DNA from: Myxococcota bacterium
Lineage (GTDB): Bacteria > Myxococcota_A > UBA9042 > PHBI01 > JAWLBL01
DNA length: 64,000 nucleotides
Assembly (NCBI GenBank): GCA_041687695.1
Contig: JAWLBL010000027.1
Span: 53,754-117,753 of the forward strand
Reading direction: 5' to 3'
Shown: positions 57,991 to 64,000 of the stretch, piece after piece
How positions within the stretch are numbered: position 1 is the stretch's first letter
How the letters are laid out: each line of letters begins with the position of its first letter
Made by a program: the position numbers and the translations under genes
The notes under the pieces: model-generated
What the model was told of the DNA's origin: nothing
What the model saw: only the letters and a program-made list of their open reading frames with translations
The model's database searches: none

Positions 57991-60441
57991 GTGACCTCAC
58001 CGCGCGATCGCGAGTCGGAGCAGCTCCCGAAGCCTGTTCCCGTCGCACAGCGCCTGCGCGCCGCCGGCTTCGCGCCCCCCGCGCCCCCCTCTCCCTGGTC
58101 GCCGCGCGCCGAGGCGCCCCGGCTGCGCGAGCGCCTGTCACGCGGCGCCCGGCCCGACGTCGTCGCCGTCGCCGGCCCGACCGGCATCGGCAAGTCGGCG
58201 CTCGCCGCCTTCGTCGCCCGCCAGCTCGAGCCCGACTACCCGGACGGCCTCGTCTGGATACAGGCCAACCGCCTCGACGACCCCGAGCTGGTCCTGGCCA
58301 CCCAGCTCCACCTCGCCGACCTGCTCGGCTTCCGCGCCGCCCTGCCCGAGCCCGCGATGGTCGCGCGCCCCCAGTTCGACCAGGCCTTCCGCCGCGAGCT
58401 GTGGCGCCCCGGGCGCTTCGTGGTCCTCGACGACGTGCGCCGCCCCGAGGTCGTCCAGCACTTCGTGGACGACGACGTCGCCGTCCACGCGCTGGTGACC
58501 AGCCACCTGCCCCACCTCGGCGACCGCCTCCGAGCCGAGCCCCTGGCCCTCGGCGGCCTGCCCGAGGAGGCCGCCCTCGCCATCCTCGAGGGCTGGGTCG
58601 GCGGCGCGCGCCTCGCCGGCGACTGGCCCGGCACGCGCCGCCTGCTGGCCGTCCTCGACGGCGTCCCCCGCCACCTCCACATCGCCGGCCGCGTGCTCTC
58701 CCGCGAGCCCGCGACCGCCACGGGCGCCCTCGCCGCCCGCATCACCGCCGACCCCACGCCCCTCGCCACCCGCGACGCGCCCGCCGCGCCCCCCGCCCCC
58801 CGCGACGCGCCCGCCGCGCCCTCCGACGCCGACCCCGGCGGCTCGCTGCTCCCCTTCCAGCACCTCCGCTGGGTGATGTCGCCCGCGGCCTGGGACCTCT
58901 TCGCCGCCCTCAGCGCCTTCGAGGACCGGCCCTTCTCGCGGTCCTGGGCCGCCGCCGTCTCCAGGCTGGAGCCCGGCGCGTGCGAGCGCCACCTGCGCGA
59001 GCTGGTCGAGCTCTTCCTCGTCACCGACGACGACCCCGCCCGCGACCCCGGCCCCGCCGAGCCGCGCTTCCACCTCGACGCCGAGGCCGCCCGCGCCGCC
59101 CGCTGGGCCGCCGGGGTCGAGCGCCACGCCCGCTTCCAGCAGCGCCTGCTCGACCACGCAGCCGCCGAGGCCCGCCGCTGGGCGCGGGTCGGACGGGCCG
59201 CCAGCCTTCAGGCCTGGCGCCAGCACCGCGATCTCTGGATCTTCTGCCTGGGCCTGCTCTCGGCCGAGATCCTGCCCCCCGGTCAGGGCCATCACTGTGG
59301 CCCTCCCCAGCCCGGCGACGACGCGCCGAGCCCGCCGGACGCCGGCCGGCAGCTGCCCGACCTCTGCCTCCTGCTGATCGCCGCCGACCTGCCCCGCCGC
59401 ACGTGGGCGACCGGCCGCTGGCTGAACGCCGGGTACCGGGTCGCCCGGCGCCAGGGTCGCGTCGACGCCATGGCCGACATCGCCCATGGCCTGGGCTGGC
59501 GCGCCGTCGGACGCCTCGTCTTCACCGCCTCGCAGCCGTGGTTCCTGCGCGCCGCCGATCACGACCTCGGCTGCGGCCGCGCCGAGCAGGCCGTCGCCTC
59601 GCTCGCGCTGTCCGCCTTCTCGCTGTACCCGCAGGCGCGCCTCGACGAGGCCCGCGCCCTGCTCGCCCGGGCGGTCGACGCGGCGCGCGCGGCCGATCTC
59701 CGCGGCCCGGCGGTCGCCGCGGTGGTCAACCAGGCGGCGCTGTTCGAGGCCCGCTGCGCGACCGAGCTGGACGGCTGGCGGTCGGCGCGGGCCTTGCTCG
59801 CCGAGGCGCTCGGGCGCTGCCTCGGCGTGACGCGCGCCGCCGCGTTCATGGCGGCGACCTGCCGGGTCAACGCGGCCTTCTGCGAGCGACGTCTCGACGG
59901 ACGCCTCGCCGCGCCCGAGCGCACGGCCCGCGATCTGGCCACCTTGGACGAGGCGCTGCCGGAGAGCGACCTGGACCGGCACCGGCTGGCCGCCATGGCC
60001 CGCTGGCTGGGGGTCGCGGCCCCGAGCGCCCGCCCGCTGCCCAGCCCGGGTGAGTGCGTCCGTCAGACCCCGGTCACCGAGCGGGTCCGCATGATGATGC
60101 GCTTCGACGAGCTGACGCGGATCGGCGCGATGCTGGCCGAGCACGAGGCGACCGGAGCGCCGCTGCCGCCCAACGCCAGCGGCGAGCTGGGCCTGGCCGA
60201 GCTGACGCTCGATCTGCCCATCGAGCGCGAGGTCGGGATGATCGTCGCCGTCCTCTTCCCCATCGGCGGGCTGCGGTACCTGCTGACCGAGGACTACTTC
60301 GCCCTCGCCCTGCCCCGCGCCCGCGTGGCGCTCGGCGAGCAGCACCCCCTTTGCGGCCTCATCGAGGCCGAGCGAGACCGCCGGTTCGGGGCGCCTGACG
60401 GCCCGCTCGCGCCCCCGGCCGAGCCGCCCGGCGGCGGTTGA
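57991..60441 (+). CDS. NB-ARC/STAND-like P-loop NTPase with helical (TPR-like) C-terminus
   Basis: VVAVAGPTGIGKSALA (Walker A), YPDGLVWI, FVVLDDV (Walker B), LVTS, L.GL..E.A..IL, DGVP..L..AG (GxP). Confidence 0.8.
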   Translation: MTSPRDRESEQLPKPVPVAQRLRAAGFAPPAPPSPWSPRAEAPRLRERLSRGARPDVVAVAGPTGIGKSALAAFVARQLEPDYPDGLVWIQANRLDDPELVLATQLHLADLLGFRAALPEPAMVARPQFDQAFRRELWRPGRFVVLDDVRRPEVVQHFVDDDVAVHALVTSHLPHLGDRLRAEPLALGGLPEEAALAILEGWVGGARLAGDWPGTRRLLAVLDGVPRHLHIAGRVLSREPATATGALAARITADPTPLATRDAPAAPPAPRDAPAAPSDADPGGSLLPFQHLRWVMSPAAWDLFAALSAFEDRPFSRSWAAAVSRLEPGACERHLRELVELFLVTDDDPARDPGPAEPRFHLDAEAARAARWAAGVERHARFQQRLLDHAAAEARRWARVGRAASLQAWRQHRDLWIFCLGLLSAEILPPGQGHHCGPPQPGDDAPSPPDAGRQLPDLCLLLIAADLPRRTWATGRWLNAGYRVARRQGRVDAMADIAHGLGWRAVGRLVFTASQPWFLRAADHDLGCGRAEQAVASLALSAFSLYPQARLDEARALLARAVDAARAADLRGPAVAAVVNQAALFEARCATELDGWRSARALLAEALGRCLGVTRAAAFMAATCRVNAAFCERRLDGRLAAPERTARDLATLDEALPESDLDRHRLAAMARWLGVAAPSARPLPSPGECVRQTPVTERVRMMMRFDELTRIGAMLAEHEATGAPLPPNASGELGLAELTLDLPIEREVGMIVAVLFPIGGLRYLLTEDYFALALPRARVALGEQHPLCGLIEAERDRRFGAPDGPLAPPAEPPGGG

Positions 60442-60494
60442 CCTCCGCGCGAGCCGTGCCGGTGTTTCCTCGTGGACCGGACGAGGAGGCTCCG

Positions 60495-60710
60495 ATGTCG
60501 TCCAAGCGGATCAAGAAGAAGATGGAGAAGAAGGTGAACCAGCTGCTCGCCGAGCGCGGCGAGCCGACGCTGGACGAGCGCTACACGGCGCGGCGCGTCA
60601 ACACGGGGCAGCTCAAGCAGGAGCGCACCGTCGAGGGCGGCGGGGGCGGCTCGCACGGCGGCGGCGGCGGCAAGAAGGGCTCCGAGGACCGCCAGAAGCC
60701 CAAGGGCTGA
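60495..60710 (+). CDS. Small basic, Gly-rich hypothetical protein
   Basis: GAGGAGG RBS; typical codon use; MSSKRIKKKMEKK... Confidence 0.7.
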   Translation: MSSKRIKKKMEKKVNQLLAERGEPTLDERYTARRVNTGQLKQERTVEGGGGGSHGGGGGKKGSEDRQKPKG

Positions 60711-60738
60711 GGCGGCGCGTCCCCGCCCGCCCCGAGGG

Positions 60739-62967
60739 TCAGTACCCGGGGTCGGCGGGGACGGGGACGTTCAGCGCGACCGGGAACAGGGCGTCGAGCA
60801 CCTGGCCGCGGACCTTGGCGTCGGGCTCGTACAGGTACAGGTAGCGGAGCAGGTGCTCGGCCACCTTGCGGCTGTAGTTGCGCGCCTCGGAGTACGAGAT
60901 CTCCTCGACCACGAAGGCCAGCGGCTGCCCGGGGTTCTCGGCCAGCCACCGCGCGACCGGCGCCGGCCCGGCGTTGTAGCTGGCCGCGGTCAGGACCAGG
61001 TTGCCGCGCCACAGCGCCAGGTGGTTGGCGAGGTACTTGAAGCTGAAGGGGAAGCCCACCGGCGGCCGCCAGAAGGTGCGCTCGTCGTAGGCGGTCCCCA
61101 GCTCGAGCGCCACCCGCTCGGCCGTCGGCGGGATCATCTGCAGCGCGCCGACCGCGTCGGTGTGGCTGATGGCCGCCGGGTTGTAGCGGCTCTCCTGGCG
61201 CATCACGGCGTAGACGAAGCGCGGGTAGACGCCGAAGCGCGCGCCCAGGCGCTCGACGAGCGGCGCGTACGCCTCGGGGTAGCCCAGCAGCCACCGCACG
61301 TCGCCCGCCCGCGGCATGTCGGTCATCGCCGCCAGCTGCCCGTTCGAGACGGTCTGCCAGCCGTGCTTGAAGTCCTCGACCTGCGCGCCCATGAACAGGA
61401 TGAAGGCCTCGCGCTCCGCCTTGGGCACCGCCCGCTCGACCGCCGCGCGCACGCCCCGGTACAGCTCGCGCGCCCGATCCACCTCGCCCAGCTCGACCAA
61501 CCGCCGCACCCGCGCGAACCGCTCGGCCGTCGCCCCCGCCAGCTTCGGCGCCGTCCACCCCGACGCCGTCAGCGCCGACCGCACCGCCGGCCGCCCGCCG
61601 CCCTTGGGCCACGGCAGCTTCGACGCCCTCGGGTCACGCCCCGCCCACTTCGCCTCCAGCTGCAGCCCCAGCATCGCGTACCACGTCAGCGGATAGTCCC
61701 GCTGCAGCTTGGCCAGCTTCTCCTTCGCCTCGCCCCGCCGCCCGAGCTTGTCCAGCGCATACGCCTGCCAATACCAGGCCTTCCCGCGCACCAGCGGGTT
61801 GCCGTACGGCACCAGCTCCTCGAAGGCCGCCACCGCCCCCCGCCAGTCCTCGGCCCGGATGAAGCACCACGCCTTGAACCCGCGCACCAGCGACCGCCGG
61901 TTGCCGAACGCCCGGATGTACGCGTCCATCGCCGCCTCGCACCGCCGCTCGTCGAACGGCAGCCACGCCCGGTAGTAGGCCACCGCCTCGCGGTGCTCGC
62001 CCTTCGGGTACAGCCGGTCGTAGCGGTCGGCCACCTCCAGCGCCTCGGCGTAGCGGTCCTCCTTGATGTAGGTCCGCATCAGCCGGTACAGCGCGCCCTC
62101 CCGGTGCTTGCCCGCCCTCTCGGCCAGCCCGCGAAACATCTCGCGCGGCTCTTCGGCCGCGTCGCGCAGCTTCTCGAGGCCGATGACCCCGACGCTCCAC
62201 CGCGCCTCCTCGCCGTACCGCGGGTGGTCCACCAGCCCCCGGAACAGGACCCGCGCCCGCTCGTAGTCCCAGCGCGCCATCATGTTGCGCGCCCGCGTCA
62301 TCTTCTCGTCGACCGTCAGGCTGCCCTCGGTCGCCCGCAGCCCCGGCGCCAGCGTCGCCTTCTCGCTCGGGTAGGCCACCAGCAGCCGCCGCTCGACCTC
62401 GTCCGCCCGCGCCGGGTCGCTCGCCCTCAGGAACTCGGCCCGCGTCCGCAGCGCCCGCGCCCGCGCCCACCGCGGCCCGCCGTCGATCACCTCGGCCAGC
62501 GCCGCCAGCGCCGCCTCGTCCTGCCCCGCCGCCCGCAGCAACCGCGCCCGCTCGAGCCGCAGCTCCGGCGCCTCCTCCGCGGTCGTTCCTGGGGCCTTCG
62601 GCGCCACCTTCAGGAACCGCTCGATGGTCGCCAGCGCTTCGCCGCCCCGCCCGGCTAGCACCTGCGCCCGCGCCAGCCACAGCAAGCGCAGCTCGTCGAA
62701 GTCCTCGAACGGCGCCGGCAGCGCCTCCAGGTGCGCCAGCCCCCGCGCGTCCCCGCGCTCCGTCAGCAGCCGCCCCAGCAGGTACCGCGCCGCCCGCCCG
62801 TCCGCCCCGCTCAGCTTGCCCACCGCCGGCGTCAACGCCGCGACGGCCGCCTCGTCGTCCCCGGCCCGCACCAGCCGCCGCGCCTCCTCCAGCGCCCCCA
62901 CGCGCGGCGCCGCCTCCGCGGGCGTCAGGACCAGGGCCGTCAGGGCAGCGATGAGGACGAGGCGCAT
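60739..62967 (-). CDS. Soluble lytic transglycosylase (Slt70-like) with TPR repeats
   Basis: Signal peptide; AVMRQESRY, GALQMIP.TA, ASYNAG, ISYSEARNY. Confidence 0.92.
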   Translation of the reverse strand: MRLVLIAALTALVLTPAEAAPRVGALEEARRLVRAGDDEAAVAALTPAVGKLSGADGRAARYLLGRLLTERGDARGLAHLEALPAPFEDFDELRLLWLARAQVLAGRGGEALATIERFLKVAPKAPGTTAEEAPELRLERARLLRAAGQDEAALAALAEVIDGGPRWARARALRTRAEFLRASDPARADEVERRLLVAYPSEKATLAPGLRATEGSLTVDEKMTRARNMMARWDYERARVLFRGLVDHPRYGEEARWSVGVIGLEKLRDAAEEPREMFRGLAERAGKHREGALYRLMRTYIKEDRYAEALEVADRYDRLYPKGEHREAVAYYRAWLPFDERRCEAAMDAYIRAFGNRRSLVRGFKAWCFIRAEDWRGAVAAFEELVPYGNPLVRGKAWYWQAYALDKLGRRGEAKEKLAKLQRDYPLTWYAMLGLQLEAKWAGRDPRASKLPWPKGGGRPAVRSALTASGWTAPKLAGATAERFARVRRLVELGEVDRARELYRGVRAAVERAVPKAEREAFILFMGAQVEDFKHGWQTVSNGQLAAMTDMPRAGDVRWLLGYPEAYAPLVERLGARFGVYPRFVYAVMRQESRYNPAAISHTDAVGALQMIPPTAERVALELGTAYDERTFWRPPVGFPFSFKYLANHLALWRGNLVLTAASYNAGPAPVARWLAENPGQPLAFVVEEISYSEARNYSRKVAEHLLRYLYLYEPDAKVRGQVLDALFPVALNVPVPADPGY

Positions 62968-63106
62968 GGGACTCCCACCGGCAAAGAGCGCGCCCAGGTT
63001 CTATGCCACCCCCAGCCCCCTCGCAAACTACGAGCCACCCCGCCTCCCTCGCTCCTCCCGACCTGGTCGTTACGGTCCCCCTGCGCCACCCCATTCGGAG
63101 GCCACC

Positions 63107-63613
63107 ATGGTCGACGACCCCGCACGCAGCCTGAAGAAGGGCCTCATCTTCGGCCTGTTCGCCGCCATGCTCCTGGTCATGGCCCAGATGCTGACCGCGC
63201 CGCTCGTGGGCTACCCGCCCTCGGGGCCGCTGCGCCTGTACGCCAGCGTCCTGTTCGGCCAGCAGATCCTCCTCGAGGCCAGCGGCGCCCACCTGCTGCT
63301 GGGCCTCCTCTTCCACCTGGCCCTGTCCGGCTGCTACGGCATCCTCTACGGCGCCCTGAACCTGCTGCTGGCGCCCGAGACCCGCGCGCGCCTGTCCTAC
63401 CAGGCCGCCCTCGGCCTGCTCTGGGGCGCCGCCGTCTGGCTGGTCAACTTCGCCGTCCTCGCGCCCTGGCTCTACCCCTGGTTCCTCGAGGCCGCGCCCC
63501 TGGTGCAGCTGGCCTTGCACGTCCTCGCCTTCGGCCTGCCGCTGGGCCTCATGTTCGCCGCCGCCGAGCGCCACGGCCCCTTCCGCCGCGCGCCGAATCA
63601 CGCGCCGTCATGA
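63107..63613 (+). CDS. Hypothetical 4-TM membrane protein
   Basis: GGAGG RBS; four hydrophobic helices with intramembrane His residues (LLFHL, LHVLAFG). Confidence 0.75.
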   Translation: MVDDPARSLKKGLIFGLFAAMLLVMAQMLTAPLVGYPPSGPLRLYASVLFGQQILLEASGAHLLLGLLFHLALSGCYGILYGALNLLLAPETRARLSYQAALGLLWGAAVWLVNFAVLAPWLYPWFLEAAPLVQLALHVLAFGLPLGLMFAAAERHGPFRRAPNHAPS

Positions 63614-64000
63614 GCCCGCCCGCCATCGAAGACCACGCCGCCATCGGCGACGGCCGCTCGGTCGCCCTCGTCTCGCGCGGCGGCTCCGTCGACTGGCTCT
63701 GCTGGCCGCGCTTCGAGAGCCCGGCCCTCTTCGCCGCCCTGCTCGCCGCCGCCGACGGCGGCGTCTTCCGCGTCGCCCCCGCCGCCCCGGCGCGCCCGAC
63801 CTGGCGCTACCTACCCGACAGCAACGTCCTCGAGACCCGCTGGCACACCCCCGCCGGCCGCCTGGTCGTGACGGATCTCATGCCCATCACCGCGGACGCG
63901 CGCGAGCCGGCGCCCGAGCACGAGCTGCTGCGGCTCGCCCGCTGCGAGGCCGGCGAGGTCGAGGTCGAGGTCGTCTTCGCCCCCCGCCCCGGCTTCGGCG
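63610..64000 (+). CDS. Glycoside hydrolase family 15 (trehalase/glucoamylase-like), 5' part, truncated by the window end
   Basis: IEDHAAIGDGRSVALV...GSVDWLCWPRFES...FAALL, Y.PDSNVLET.W; ATG overlaps the upstream stop. Confidence 0.88.
   Translation, partial: MSPPAIEDHAAIGDGRSVALVSRGGSVDWLCWPRFESPALFAALLAAADGGVFRVAPAAPARPTWRYLPDSNVLETRWHTPAGRLVVTDLMPITADAREPAPEHELLRLARCEAGEVEVEVVFAPRPGFG

Overview
Very GC-rich bacterial DNA whose gene content (GltJ/AgmX-like protein, TIGR04552-like protein, Cys-rich CDDGNPCT surface protein, FHA proteins, Ser/Thr kinase) points to Myxococcota or a related lineage. It holds about 53 densely packed CDSs, mostly housekeeping (gshB, dapF, a stand-alone rplC, dnaJ, an EF-G paralogue, hutU, miaB, mlaE/D/C, thiS/G/E, purM/N, gpsA). 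No rRNA, tRNA, CRISPR array or transposase was recognised. The most unusual part is the non-coding block at about 31.7-33.3 kb. It contains a (GCG)12 tract, a ~1 kb unit bounded by ~135-bp structured inverted repeats enclosing 9 tandem units built from two alternating CCCGGG-centred palindromes, and a second 9-copy REP-like hairpin array. A 218-bp MITE-like element with a perfect 10-bp flanking duplication at 56.2 kb carries four hairpins with the same 7-bp-stem/CGAG-loop shape as that second array. Other candidates: thiS separated from thiG by one in-frame TAG, a degenerate FHA-TadA ATPase paired with a double-FHA protein, eukaryote-like lipid enzymes (CEPT-like, App1-like), an orphan contractile-tail tube gene, an NB-ARC/STAND protein, and kb-scale blocks of synonymous G/C skew. 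All calls come from reading motifs by eye; no database searches were run, and several start codons were re-chosen manually.
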